Of a stretch of DNA of 45,030 nt, positions 10,639 through 24,180 are shown piece by piece. A program made the translations under genes and the position numbers. Positions within the stretch are counted from its first letter, which is position 1. Every line of letters starts with the position of its first letter. Below the pieces are notes generated by a model. The model saw only the letters and a program-made list of their open reading frames with translations, had not been told where the DNA came from and did no database searches. This DNA is from Octopus bimaculoides (Eukaryota). Location: the NCBI RefSeq assembly GCF_001194135.2, contig NC_068990.1, positions 73,511,042 through 73,556,071 of the forward strand. The letters run 5' to 3'.

Positions 10639-11779
10639 CTTGAAAGAAAATTTCTAAGATTCCACTTTCTTGAATCAAAACATGTGTGAAAGTACATTCA
10701 ATTATAAAATGAAAAATTTTGCATTTTTAGAAGAATTTTCAACGTATTGTTTTTTTTAGAAAAAACAATTATTTGGCTGTGATATGTTTCTACATAAAAT
10801 AATATTTCAACAAAACACAGTATAAATATTAGGATTAGTTTCTTATATTAAGATATGATTAACTTATAATAAAATATATTATTAATTTGAATTAAAAATT
10901 TTCATTATAAATTATTAATTGTTTTCATTTGTTTTGTAGTATTAATTTACAATCATATAATAAATGATTTTGATATTTACTTGAAATTAATTGTTCTTTA
11001 AAAGCAAGAGGTATATTTACATTTTACAATAGCTTTTTAATTTCCTATTATTTTTGTATATCAACAACCCAATTTTCTGATATTTGTGGCAAATAAAATG
11101 AACATCGTATTGTTTGTTGCTATGTTAATGAATATAAATTTATTGAGATTTTACAAATTATTGAAAAGGTTCAAGAGTNNNNNNNNNNNNNNNNNNNNNN
11201 NNNNNNNNNNNNNNNNNNNNNNNNNNNNNNNNNNNNNNNNNNNNNNNNNNNNNNNTGTCTCTGAAATGAGATATAAAAATGTTAGAGTAAGTAATAGTCA
11301 AAATGCAAAAAAAATAAAATAACAATATTGGCAGATTCTTTGACAATCAAGTACAATAACAAAGAACTGATAAAATATTAGTAGTGACGTGGAAAAAGAA
11401 AGCGAAAGAAAATAGATTCTTTAACCAGTTGATCTCCTGGTGGCCTGAGAGAGGGCAAAAAGCCAATATGGCAATCAAAGAGGTCAATGTGGGATTGCCA
11501 ATTGAGAAAAGTTATTGGGGCACAACCAAAGCTATATAGGAGTATTATTTCTAAATAAATCTAATCTGAGATTTATTGACTGTCAAACATTGATGAGAGA
11601 TGAAGTGATTGTAGACGATGGCCTTTGCAATGCTGAGAATTTTGTTTGCACCAAGAGACCTGGAATTTTTAATAGAAGAGAGTCTGGTGCATGGTAGTAG
11701 CAGACATGAATTGGAGATATTTGCTTTAATCATTTCTGATCTGACAAGACTCAATAATAAACAAACAACAAATATTTAC

Positions 11780-11820
11780 CTGAATAGTCTCGTTTACTTT
11801 CAACTCGTTGTACCCTAGAT
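11780..11820 (-). CDS. Candidate 41-nt exon (phase 2/1: SRVQRVESKRDYS; a second open frame gives LGYNELKVNETIQ)
   Basis: atgtttttaag|ATC...CAG|gtaaat canonical sites; two frames are open, so the frame choice rests on its neighbours. Confidence 0.4.
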
Positions 11821-12406
11821 CTTAAAAACATGGCACATAATCAATCTCTCAATTTATTTTCATTAACATAGCACACAATATGACATTCATTTTATTTGCC
11901 ACAAACATCAGAAAACGGAGTTGTTGATATACAAAAAAAAAGAATAAATAAATAAGTAAATAAAAAATCAACTAACAAAATAAAATACAAGGAAAACCTA
12001 TTGCTTTTGAATTATTTCTTGAGCTCCTCAGCAAATATATTTCATTAAAGTAAATAGAAAATGCCAAATATAAGTGATGAATTTTAAGACTGCAAAACAA
12101 GGTTTTTGTTTAAGATATTAGTTTTGTATGCACTGTTTGATAAAGACAGCTTGATATTCTGGAGATGAAAGACTCAAAGGTTTGTTAAAAGTTAGAGGTC
12201 ATAATAATTATTTCTTACTTTGAGATTAGGTTACACATTGCAAGGCTGGCTTACTATCAACTGAATCGACCCCAGTACATGCTTTGTATTTATCTTATTG
12301 ATTGCAAAATGTTCCACAATGAAGTCCATCCTGGTAAGATTTGAGAACAAATGAAGAAAAGGAAATTCTATAAGACACACTATTAACAGCACTCTGCCAA
12401 TTTTAC

Positions 12407-12426
12407 CTTTCTACTGTCCTAATGTT
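12407..12426 (-). CDS. Weak candidate 20-nt micro-exon (phase 0/2): NIRTVE
   Basis: aatattaag|AAC...AAG|gtaaaa; supported mainly by phase fit. Confidence 0.25.
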
Positions 12427-12583
12427 CTTAATATTGCATTTAATGAGGAACAGAGAGTGCTGCTCACTTACCGGAACTAAATATAGACCTTCCACACACC
12501 CATCCATGCAAAAGGATATATACACACACATATACATATGTAAATATATATGTATGTGTGTGTATATAAATATAAACACACAT

Positions 12584-12629
<46 letters not shown>

Positions 12630-13469
12630 TTATCCAAAGACCACTGATGATTCATTACACATCACAACTACTGACAATATATGCAGATATATATATATAT
12701 ATAAAGATATGTATATATGTACAGTATATACATACACACATATATGTAAATACATGCATATGTATATGTATTTAAATATATGCACACACACACACATATA
12801 TGTGTGTGTGCTGTGTGTATGTATGCATATGTGTGTGTGTGAGTGTATAATATATGCATATACAAAGTTTAAGTAGAATACATTAGATTTCTCAAGGTTA
12901 CCCCATGATGTACTGCTGAGGCAGCTTCAGTGTCCCCACCTGTGACGATTCCAGTCAAGAATGGCATTAAGCAAGGAAAATCTGAAGCTCTTCTCCATGA
13001 GTCTCAAAATAGTCCTCTCCCTCCATCTCTCTCTCTGTTTTTATATATATATATATTTATGTATTTATGTATGTATGAATGCATGTATACCTGTACGTAT
13101 GTACGTATGTATGTATGTATTTATGTATGTATGCATGTATGTATGTATGTATGTATGTATGTATGTATGTATGTATGTATGTATTCCTCTTGATTAGATA
13201 TCTGCACACCGATTGACAGCAAAAAGTCTCCATTCAAACAGACCATATCATTTGTTTGCAATCTTCCAATGAAAGCATGTCTTTTTTTTTGTTTTTCAGA
13301 GTTCTACAGACAAGGCAAAATATTGTCTTGATTAGAAATATGCAAGGGTTGGTGAATATGGTATACATCTGGTCCTAGAAATATCTACAACAACAAAGGT
13401 TTACTTTGATTGAGGGAAACATGGAAATGTGTAAATGTAGAAATGGATGCTAACATGTGATATGTGTAT

Positions 13470-13530
<61 letters not shown>

Positions 13531-13534
<4 letters not shown>

Positions 13535-14778
13535 GTTATCCCACAAATAATGCAGTGTTTTTTTATACTTCTTTTATTTTTCAAAATTAAGATAAAGAAA
13601 GTTCTTTTTTAATCTACTCTCTTTAATATTCTACAATGCTCTTCCATCTATTTGGTAGACTTGTAAGACCCCCTCTTCCAAAATTCGTTTGTCTGTGGCA
13701 AAAAATACTCCTCCAATACTGTTCTGACCTCGTCTAAAGAATTCATATTTTTTCCGTCCAAATGATTTTGAAAACTGTGGAATAAAAGATAATCAGATGG
13801 GGCAATGTCTGGTGAATATGGTGGGTGGGACATCGCTTCCCATTCTAACTGCTCCAGTCTTTGGAATGTCATCCTCGCTGTATGTGGTTGGGCATTATCC
13901 TGATAGAACACCTTTTGACTTGAAACCAAAGATGGACATTTTTCTTCTAGTGTTCACTTAAGCTGCTCAAGTTGCTCACAGTAGATCTCCTTTGTTATCA
14001 TTTGGTTTGGGTTTAAAAGTTCAAAGTGGACTAAACCTTTCATATCCCACCAAACAGGTTACAATACCTTACGTGGATTAAGACCTTCTTTAGCCTGGGG
14101 TGCTGGTATTTCTCCTTTCCCTACTTTCGCACTTAACATTTTTATAGTGAACCCATTTCTCATCACCAGTCACTATTCAGTGTGAAAAAGGTTCATTCGT
14201 AAGACGTGACAACAAAGAAGAGGAAACATTCACTCTCTATGCATGGTTAGACTGGGAAAGTTTGTGAGGAACCCATTAACCCAATTTTCCGATGGCATGC
14301 AGGTGTATATGAGTGGTTGAATCACAAAACCCAAGCTTCTCTGCTAGTTCTTCAACAGTTACAATGAGATTTTGTTCCACCAGGGTTTGTAGGATATCCT
14401 CATTGAGCTCTACAGATCTTTGAGGATGAGACTCATCTAGGCAGTAGTTTCCAGCTCAGAATTTCTAGAAGCACCGTTGACAGAAGCTTACACTTATTGT
14501 CCGATCCCCATATCTTGCAATAATATTTCTCACACTTTTTGTTGCGCTGTTGCCTTTATTGAACTCACTAAGCAAAATATGCCGAACATGCTCCATTGTC
14601 ACTTTCATTGTAGCTTTGAAAAAAATAAGCGTTCAAAAACAAACTTCACTCTTCAAAACTTGCACTAAGAATAAGAACAAGGTAAAATTACTACCTGTTC
14701 TTATAGCAAGTTCTTGCAGGTAGTTTATCCCATCCCCCTCCTACTTTTAGTTCAGGCAATTCTAAAAGGGATGACTTA

Positions 14779-14779
<1 letters not shown>
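13531..14779 (-). mobile_element. Mariner DNA transposon, near full length (~1.25 kb), inactive
   Basis: TIRs TTAGGTTATCCC / GGGATGACTTAA with TA on both sides (13529-30, 14780-81); internal transposase motifs. Confidence 0.92.
13623..14608 (-). pseudogene. Mariner D,D34D transposase, disrupted
   Basis: Minus strand: MKVTMEHVRHILLSEFNKG (N-terminus), WVPHKL, IVTGDEKW, QDNAQPH, HPPYSPDIAPSDY; several stops and frameshifts. Confidence 0.92.
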
Positions 14780-14823
<44 letters not shown>

Positions 14824-14946
14824 CACACGCACACTCACACACACGTGTATATACACACACACACACATGCACACGCACACTCACACACATGTATACACAC
14901 ACACACACGTATACACATATACATATGTATATTTTTATATATATAT

Positions 14947-15390
14947 GAGTGGCTGTGTGGTAACTATAGGCACAGGAATGGCTGTGTGGTAAGTAGCTTG
15001 CTTACTAACCACATGGTTCCAGGTTCAGTCCACTGCATGGCACCTTGAGCAAATGTCCTCTCCGATAACCTTGGACCGACCAAAACCTGGTGAGTGGATT
15101 TTATAGATGTAAACTGAAAGAAGCCTGTCGTATATATATGTGTGTGTGTGTGTGTGCATGCATGTGTGTGTGTGTGTTTGTGTGTCTGTGTTTGTCCCTC
15201 CAACATCACTTCACAACCAATGCTGATGTGTTTATGTCCCCCATAACTTAGTGGATCAGCAAAACAAACTGATAGAATAAGTACTAGGCTTACAAAGAAT
15301 AAGACCTGGGGTCGATTTGCTTGACTAAAGATGGTGCATGGCCACAGTCAAATGACTGAAACAAGTAAAACAATAAAAGAATAAAAGAAT
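14947..15390 (+). mobile_element. SINE family A, full length, with duplicated head fragment
   Basis: Homologous to the reverse complement of 1151-1552; tail CAGTCAAATGACTGAAACAAGTAAAA. Confidence 0.88.
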
Positions 15391-15423
15391 ATACACACAC
15401 ACATACATATATACGTTGCTGAG

Positions 15424-15755
15424 ACCCCCTTCGGCCATGACTGACCATGGGATTGCACCTAGAAAGTTACCCCCCCCCCCAGGCACAAGTTCGCGCAATG
15501 ATGTTTATGGAAGACCAGCAGTTGCCCATGCATACCGGTCTCCCCTCTCCATGCCACCAGTGTTATTCAAAGGAAAGGCAAAGGGCAATATGGCTTGGCG
15601 CATGTGACGTCGCAACTCATTTCTACAGCTGAGTGAACTGGAGCGTGAAATAAAGTGTCTTGCTCAAGAACACAAAACGCAGCCTGGTCCGGGATTCAAA
15701 CTCACAACTTCATGATTGTAAGCTCAACGCTCTAACCACTGAGCCATGTGCCTTC
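15424..15755 (-). mobile_element. SINE family B
   Basis: Colinear homology with 2852-3196. Confidence 0.85.
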
Positions 15756-16097
15756 AAGCACATATTCATACATACATACATACATACGTACATACATATA
15801 TACATATATATGTATAAGTATGTATATATTAGCATTTTGGCAAAAAAGACGAATAGGATGAATACCAAGCTTAAAATGAAGTAAAAGTACTAGAGATGAT
15901 TCATTTGACAACATACTCTCCAGGGCAGTGCCCCAGCATGGTCGTAGTCTAATGACTGAAACAAATAGAAGATAGAAAATGTGACAAAATTGACGATAAT
16001 GAATGAAGCAGTTACAGAAATGCATTCATTTTTTATGTTACAACTTTCTAGGTTGTTCAGCATTGGTTGGAAGGACCAGAAATTGAACAAATCTCAC

Positions 16098-16120
16098 CTC
16101 ATACACCAGAGTTATCTTCT
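16098..16120 (-). CDS. Weak candidate 23-nt micro-exon (phase 1/0): xKITLVYE
   Basis: aatatctaag|AGA...GAG|gtgaga: strong donor, weak acceptor; overlaps a competing plus-strand candidate. Confidence 0.25.
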
Positions 16121-16289
16121 CTTAGATATTATGAGAATTAGTGCATCTGTGTGTGTGGTGGGGTGGGGAGAAAAATCACTTTCAGTGGTCATAGAGTGCA
16201 CTTGATCACTAGTTCAGGTATTTCTCTAACCACCAGTACATACATGTGCACATGCATACATCCTTCCATATATACATACATATATACAT

Positions 16290-16351
<62 letters not shown>

Positions 16352-16894
16352 TTAGCTGGATAGATAGATGCACACACAAACATGCATACATGCACCCATA
16401 CATACATACATACGTACATACATACATACACGTACATGTGCATTCAGACATATATACATGCATACATACACATACACACAGACATACATACGTACTTCCA
16501 TAAATATACACAGACACATATAAACATACATGCATATGCACACACTCATGAAATCCAAGATAGACATATGCCTGATAAGAGCAACCCATACATTTCCATG
16601 ATTAAATGTCTATGTGACTGAAATGAGTTGCTGCTAATAAGATTATAACTTTCCACGATATTAATCTCATTTTTCGTCTGTATATTTACAATTGTAACAT
16701 CTACAGTATGCTTCAAATGGTTTGATCTCTGATCGTCAACAGGTATTTTATTTCTGGATTTGTAATTGTCATAGACTGGATTTGAGGCAAGAACTCTAAA
16801 ATCTTAACAAAGAATATCAAGGATATTGTATACTTGTCTGCCTATCTGCTTATATATCTAGCCAGCTACTTACATTTACATATATCTTTTCTAT

Positions 16895-17266
16895 TTAACT
16901 TCAATCAGTTATTAGATTGTAGCCATGCTGGGGAACTACTTTGAAGGGTTTTAGTTGAACAAATCGACCCCAGAGCTTCATCTTTATGCCTAACACTTAT
17001 TTTACGGATATCTTTTGCCAAATCGCTAAGTTACGGGGATGTAAACAGACTAGCACCAGTTGTCAAGTGATGGTGGGGGACAAACATAGGCACACACACA
17101 TAAATATAAAAATATACATATATACAATGAGCTTCTTCCAGTTTTCTACTCACAAGGCTTTGGTCAGCCTGAGGCTATAGGAGAAGATACTTGCCCTAGA
17201 TACCACACAGTGCAACTGAACCTGGAACCATGTGGTTGAGAAGCAAGCTTCTTACCACACAGCCAT
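16895..17266 (-). mobile_element. SINE family A, diverged
   Basis: Colinear with 1151-1552 (AAATCGACCCC, CTAAGTTACGGGGA, CACAAGGCTTTGGTC, CTTACCACACAGCCA). Confidence 0.85.
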
Positions 17267-17511
17267 GTATGTGTGTATCTCTATATATTTATATATAGAG
17301 ATACATACACATACATATATTTATATATATTCATACACACACTCACACACAAACAATTTTAATGCACATCGTACAAAGATACAGCTACTAATAGTTTCTT
17401 TCTTTGGAGACAAATGTCTAGTTAAGTTCTTATATAGCACCGTGTCTGCAAGTAGTTTTCAGGCTCTGAGCACATGGTCTATTCTATTTGCAGATCAGGA
17501 CGCTGGTGTAA

Positions 17512-17582
17512 GAGAAGGTAAATGTAAATAAGAAGGTAGATGTAAATAAGAAGGTAGATGTAAATAAGAAGGTAGATGCAAA
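17512..17582 (+). repeat. 18-bp tandem repeat GAAGGTAGATGTAAATAA, ~3.7 units
   Basis: Directly visible. Confidence 0.9.
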
Positions 17583-17944
17583 AAGTGGAAGGGTAAATAA
17601 AAATGGAAAAAGAAAAGAAAAGAAAAAAATTAGAGTTATGACTCCTGTGATCATAAAGCCTTGATTAAGTTACTTGTAGAATTATTGAATATAAAGGGTT
17701 CAAAATCTGCATGACTACTGCTCAATCTGGAGAGGGTGGTGTCCTCCAGCTCGCAAAAGGAAATTTGTCCATATGCTTGCATTTTTGAAAATTGCAGATC
17801 TGGAGATTCAGTATGAACAAGCATATAAACATACACATATATGTATGTGTGTAGACACATACACACACACACACACACACACATTTGTACATGTATCTTT
17901 TTACACTTCCAAATTTCGACATCATACAATAGTTGTAAATGAAT

Positions 17945-18150
17945 GCCACTGGCAAACAAGTTGTTGCTTTCCTTTCTGATTCTCTGTGAAAACATGTCCA
18001 GCTATGGTGAAATGATATCTTGCATAGAAAAAGGTGAGGGTTGGCAAGAGAAGAAGGATCCAGTCACAGTATAATCTACTTCAATGAATTTTCGCTGATG
18101 AAGAGCATGGAAAAGTGGATGTTAAAAAAAATGATAATAATGGTGATGAC
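17945..18150 (+). mobile_element. Diverged family D-related element with (GAT)-type tail
   Basis: GAGGGTTGGCAAGAGAAG...AGCATGGAAAAGTGGATGTTAAA then ATGATAATAATG; a reverse fragment lies at 34615-34692. Confidence 0.5.
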
Positions 18151-18167
18151 ATATACATACATATTTG

Positions 18168-18198
<31 letters not shown>

Positions 18199-18421
18199 AT
18201 ACACACACACGTATATATACACACACTCATATATATATATATACATGCACTTATATATGTGCATATATATTATATATATATATATATATACACATATATA
18301 TACATGTATATAGATAAGAATATAAATATATATCAATACATATGTATGCATCTATCTATATCTATTGAGCTAGCTAGCTATCTATATATATACATACGTA
18401 CATATTTATATAAACAAATTC

Positions 18422-18456
<35 letters not shown>

Positions 18457-18540
18457 TAGATAGATACATACATACATATATATTGATATATATTTATATA
18501 TTTATATGCACGTATATATATATATGTATATATATATATA

Positions 18541-18736
18541 TTCGTGCGGGTGACACGTAAAAGCACCCACTACACTCTCTGAGTGGTTGGCGTTAGGAAG
18601 GGCATCCAGCTGTAGAAACTCTGCCAAATCAGACTGGAGCCTGGTGTTGCCATCCGGTTTCACCAGTCCTCAGTCAAATCGTCCAACCCATGCTAGCATG
18701 GAAAGCGGACGTTAAACGATGATGAAGATGATGATG
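18541..18736 (+). mobile_element. Family D retroelement 3' end, young copy
   Basis: Three differences over ~180 bp versus 37542-37737; ends GGACGTTAAAC(GAT)n. Confidence 0.85.
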
Positions 18737-18832
18737 ATATATATATACACACACATATATATATCTATATCTATACATATCTATCTCTCTATCGATCTAT
18801 GTACATATGTATGTATGCATCTATCTATATGT

Positions 18833-18863
<31 letters not shown>

Positions 18864-19631
18864 TGTTTATATATTTTTACATATATGTATGTATGCTTGC
18901 ACATGTGCTTCTGAGTGTGCGTGTGCATATATGCATGGCTTTGTCAGATACGCGTCCACAAGCACAACATTGAAAATCTTCTCTTAAATAATAAACACAT
19001 GAAAAGTATACATAATATAATCAAAATCAACAATTGTATTCTCTTGCATATTTCTAAAATAAATAAAATATATTACATGCTTCAAATAAAATCGATGCAA
19101 ATTTTCCTAAAATGGCAAAGAATAAAATAAAGATAAGCAGAAATAGACATAACTATAAAAGCCCTTGCAAGAAGAGCAGCAAATATCTCACCAATAACAA
19201 ACATATTTAACATTTATTAAATTATAGAATAAGCAAAGATCTTCACGTCGCATAATCACAAAATAAAACAAAGGGTTAAAAAAAAAGCTAAAAGAAAAAT
19301 ATAGAGAAAATCATTATTAATTGTACTTTAAAGAGGAACACCAATAAGAAATTATTTGTCTTTTCGATTGTTATATAAATATATATAAGTAAGCATGAAG
19401 CCCTGTAATGTCAAACTTAATTATTTTGAATAAAAATTGATTTCCTATCTCATATTAAATTTACTTCTAAAAAATTTATATATATATGTATATCATCATC
19501 ATCATCATCATCATCGTTGTCGTCATCACTGTCGTCATTGTTATCAACATTATCATCATCATCATCATCATCATTTAACATCAGCTGTCCATGATGGTAT
19601 GGGTTGGACTATATGTATGTATATATGTATG

Positions 19632-19679
<48 letters not shown>

Positions 19680-20639
19680 AAAAAATATGACAATATATAT
19701 ATAGTATATATATTTTACATATACATATTTATTAAATACACCTACAAAAACATGCACACACATACACACACACATATGTATATATATATGCGTATGCATG
19801 TGTATATATGTATATATATATATATATACTTGCACACACATGTGTATGTGAGTGTATTTGCATATATAATTTTATTGATAGTGACTTTGAAGTTCCTTGT
19901 GTCATTGGCAACATGTATATATGTGTGTGTGTGTGTGTGTATGTTTGTGCATGTGTGACAGTGCAACTATGTGAAACTATAGTATAAATTCATATTTGTG
20001 TGATGGTTTCCATAGAAATGAAGAAATATAGAAAAATAAAGTAAGTTGTCAAATTTTCAGTATCACACAATACCATCAAGGGAAAAATAATTTAATTGTA
20101 AATACTTCTGTTTGTTTCTAAATTTATTCCCTTATAGAATCATTTAATTAATTTTGGGGAAGCGTCTCCTTTTGAAATGGATTGAAACTATTTGAGATTC
20201 AGAGTTAAGTTGTGTTTTTTTTTTTTGTTGTGATTCTGAGTTCAAATTGTATTATGGCTGGCTGACTTTCTCCCTTTAGCTCTTCAGAGTGGGTAAAATA
20301 TGTGTCAGCAAGGCATTCATTCATTTCTTTTATGTCTTTTTATCCATACTAGCATGAATTACGTGAGTACTTATAGTTGAGGTATTGTCTCACCACTGGA
20401 GGCTTTTCCTGCTGATAGTCCATGCCTGTTTTTCGAATAAGGTATATCAATATCATGTGGTCACTGTCATCGTTGTGATCATCATTATCATCATCATCAT
20501 TGTTATTGTCGTTATTATCATTGTCGTCGTCCTCCCCCTCCTCCTCATGATCACGATCACAACTATCACCACCAGCAACGCCACCACCACCAGCGCCACC
20601 ACCACTGCCATCCTCCTCCTATTCATCATCATCATCAAC

Positions 20640-20830
20640 TTTTAGTGCCTATGTTCCACACTGGCATGGGTTGGATGGTTTGACTGAATCCAACAGTAAC
20701 GGGGGCAGCATTCTTAATTTCTATGGTTGGATGCCTATCATAACACCAATCACTTTATAGAGTGTACTGGGAGCTCTTTTTCATTTTTCTGGATACTAGC
20801 ACCAATAAAGTCACCATGCAGCTCACAAGA
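20640..20830 (-). mobile_element. Family D copy, diverged; its tail runs into the trinucleotide tract at 20460-20640
   Basis: TTCCACACTGGCATGGGTTGGATGGTTTGACTG...GGTTGGATGCC matches the reverse complement of family D. Confidence 0.65.
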
Positions 20831-21366
20831 CTTAAAATACCATTTGATTGAGTGTGGCTACAGTAAAGGAAGTCAGCTTTATGCTAGACACTGAGAGGTT
20901 AAATTATGAAAGAAAGGGAGAGAACAGGTTTCTTGCTGTGGAGGTGCTACACCACAACATACAGAGTAGGTGGGAGTGACAGGGATGGAGCAGGAAAGAA
21001 AGATAAAATGTTGGTGATGAAGTGACAGAATGGGCCCCCCCCCCCCGGATGTACAAGAAAGTGAATAGAAATATGTGGTTACAGACACAATGGTAAAAGG
21101 TGTAGGCAGAGATTGCAAGAGTGTATGAGAGAGAATGATGGTGTGGCAGTTGGGGTGGGAGAACACTGATGAATAAAATTTGAAGACAATAAAAATAAGG
21201 ATGTTGGCTGTAGAGAATGGATAGGGCTAAGGAGTGAAGGTAGTAAGTGCTGGACAGGATGGGGGAGTGATTTATTATACACATGAAATGGAGAAGGTTG
21301 GGGGAGAGTAAGTAATGACTGACAGTAAAGAAGTGGGTCAGTGTAGGTGAATGATAACAATAATAA

Positions 21367-21572
21367 TGGTCTCAAATTTTGGCACAAGGACAACAATTTT
21401 AGGAGTGGGTTAAGTTGATCACATTGACCCTAGTGTCCAACTGGTACTTATTTTATTGACTCTGAGAGGATGAAAGGCAAAGTTGACCTTGGTGGAATTT
21501 GAAATCAGATCGTAAAAACAGATGAAATGCCGCTAAGCATTTTTTCTGGCATGCTAACGATTCTGCGAGCTC

Positions 21573-21573
<1 letters not shown>
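21367..21573 (-). mobile_element. SINE family C
   Basis: Reverse-complement homology to 3236-3455. Confidence 0.8.
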
Positions 21574-21614
<41 letters not shown>

Positions 21615-21617
21615 AAC

Positions 21618-21660
<43 letters not shown>

Positions 21661-21662
<2 letters not shown>

Positions 21663-21839
21663 CTTTTCTACTCTAGGCGCAAGGCCCAAAATTTTGGAGG
21701 AAGGGACCAGTCGATTAGATTGACCCCAGTGCACAACTAGTACTTAATTTATCAACCCCAAAAGGGTGAAAAGCAAAGTCGACCTTGGCAGAATTTGAAC
21801 TCAGAACGTAGTGATGGGTGAAATACAGTTAAGCATATT
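21661..21839 (-). mobile_element. SINE family C, second tandem copy separated by (CAA)n(TAA)n
   Basis: Reverse-complement homology to 3236-3455. Confidence 0.8.
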
Positions 21840-23227
21840 AAATAACATTATATATGTAAATATAAATCTATATGTATGTCTCTTCATATTGTATTTATAA
21901 ATATATCATAAGATAGATTCATACACACACACAGATGCATGCATGCATGTACATACACACTCTCACCCACACACATATATATACTAGTGAAATTTTTTCT
22001 TTGTTTTCTTAATACTCCACAGAAATAATGTAAAAAGTTCAAAATGTAATATATATATATATATATATATTGCAAATTTAATTTCATATTGAAAATATAT
22101 TTCAAGGTTTTATAACATATCTATTTTTAAACTGTGTGATCTCTTTAATGTCATATCTCAGAAAAATTCTTCTCAGATTTCTTAAATTTGAATTAAAAAG
22201 TTTTGTATGGAATAAAACTACAAAGACTATACACCACAACTAAATTGGTAAATTAGCTGTTTCGAATGGAAGACCTTATATATACTTAGACAATATATTG
22301 AAGAAAAATCTATGTTCAGTTCAATTCAGTTTTACTGACAGATAATAATTTATTTTATATCACACAGGCATGGCTGTGTGGTAAGAAGCTTGCCTCCCAA
22401 CCACTGGCAGCTTAGGCTTGTGTCTTTTACTATGGTGCCTGGCCAATCAAAACCTTGTTAGTGGATCTAGTAGATGGAAACTTAAGGCATACATATACAC
22501 ATACGTATATAAATCTAAAAATTTTCTTCAACACAAAGATAGAAAAAAACATTGCAAATCACAACATTTGTTTCTGCACCAGCTTTCTGACTGCATGTTA
22601 TGAGGTTATTTATTACTTAAATTATATTAAATTTACTAGCAAATCTACCCATCTACGATGGAGGCATAAAATGAAGGGGGGAAGTCATAGCAGCAGTACA
22701 TATTGGGAAATGTGTAAATGCACTTGATAGATTACTGGGTGATGTCTTAGAGAAATCACATTATCGTTGGTGATACAGCGTTATATTGTGGCTATATAAT
22801 GTGTATATGCAATTAAGTGACATGTGATGATGATTCACTCCCAAACTGAAATCGGCTCCCTGCCTCTGTATCATAAATGGTTATGTGGACCACTCTTAAT
22901 GAAAGCCAGAGCTTCCTTTGACCATTACACAAAAGTATTAAGAAAAAAATGTTATTTAGATATACTTTTATTTTAGCTGTTTACACTATTTTACACTTGT
23001 TTATACTCTTATACATTCAAAGTTCATAAATCTCCTTATTTAAATTATGAATCATATTCCTTTCGATAATATCAATATGTTTACAAAACTTCTTTGTAGA
23101 CAATATTTTCTGTTTGGTTGACACTAATTTTCAAATTACTGGACTTCGTTGGTAGACAATCTAAAGTCTGGCCCTGTGCCTCATTTGTTGTGAATGCGTG
23201 AGTGCAAAAAACTAAACTAAGACTTAC

Positions 23228-23336
23228 CTCTCACTGTTCTACTCGAATAATATCTGGATGTTCTAGTACCATGGGTTATTTTGATTGACAAAACTGAGAT
23301 GTAAACAACAGCCACTTTGATTAGCCATTTCGAATC
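23228..23336 (-). CDS. Candidate exon with hydrophobic segment: DSKWLIKVAVVYISVLSIKITHGTRTSRYYSSRTVR
   Basis: Consensus donor GAG|gtaagt at 23227; one frame open to the donor; acceptor weak (aagcag, or tcag giving end 23346); no in-frame ATG. Could be a UTR exon. Confidence 0.35.
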
Positions 23337-23989
23337 CTGCTTGAGACTGACACACTTCAATAACCACTAAATAATCACACACACGTTTTCCATTTCATTT
23401 TCGCTATTAACCATTCTCACGAATCCCCTTTGTATCTACGATGGGACCATGAACTGTATGATGAAAATCCAGAGTTACTTGAGTTCGGTGAATTTAAAAA
23501 AAAAATGCAAAGATGGTTTATCAATTCAAAAATTGATATCTATGAAATAATCATACTTTCTAACTTATAATGCTAATTACCTTCCTGATAACTGTCTTTG
23601 TAATCCTGAAAAATATCGTAACCACTGGTCTGGTCATCTGGCCATGAAGAGGGAACAGACAAAGAGATGGACATACAGACAGACAGATGGACAGAACGTC
23701 CATTATAGTAATATATATATATGTTTACATGTTTGGTTTGACAAGATTCTTGATGTGAAAACGTGGGTTGAAACAGATATTATTATATTTGTGGATGGCC
23801 ATCTTTTGCCAACTAAAATACATGCACTATTTATTTGAGCTTCACTTTAGTTTTATTATTATTGCTTTTAGTTTATTTGTCCATCAAAGTTCTTTCCTCA
23901 CATATTTTGTGATCTCTCCAGCATCTCTCTGTCCAATGTGTCTGTTCTTTTCCTACCTACTCCATTTTGTCCTTCTGTAGTTTGTATTT

Positions 23990-24180
23990 CTACACACTGG
24001 TGCCAAGCTGTATCAGCCTTTGCCTTTCCCTTGGATAACATCAGTGGCATGGAGGGGGGAGGCTGGTATGTATGGGTGACTGCTGGTCCTCCATAAGCAA
24101 CCTTGCCTGGACTTGTGCTTTGGAGGGGAACTTTCTAGGTGCAACCCCATGATCATTCACGACCAAAGGGGCTCTTTACC
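23990..24180 (+). mobile_element. SINE family B, 3' fragment
   Basis: TGGTGCCAAGCTGTATCAGCCTTTG...TTCTAGGTGCAACCCCATG matches the reverse complement of the B copies. Confidence 0.7.

Noticed and set aside
11440-11750. Coding-like stretch resembling either an RTE RT (GQCGIA...VDD...FALIIS) or a Harbinger transposase
   Set aside because: It fits two unrelated families equally poorly and needs several frameshifts; it needs an HMM search.
12885-12990. VSPPVTIPVKNGIKQG, similar to RTE RT PF.I.NGVKQG
   Set aside because: Plausible tiny LINE relic but under 35 codons; too short to annotate.
16540-16797. Minus-strand open frame VLASNPVYDNYKSRNKIPVDDQRSNHLKHTVDV... after a good acceptor
   Set aside because: No convincing donor, and the phase does not fit the neighbouring candidate exons.
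23420-23715. Possible Helentron/DINE-like element (ACAGACAGACAGATGGACAGA, TGAAAATCC)
   Set aside because: Single copy in the window, with no termini I could define.
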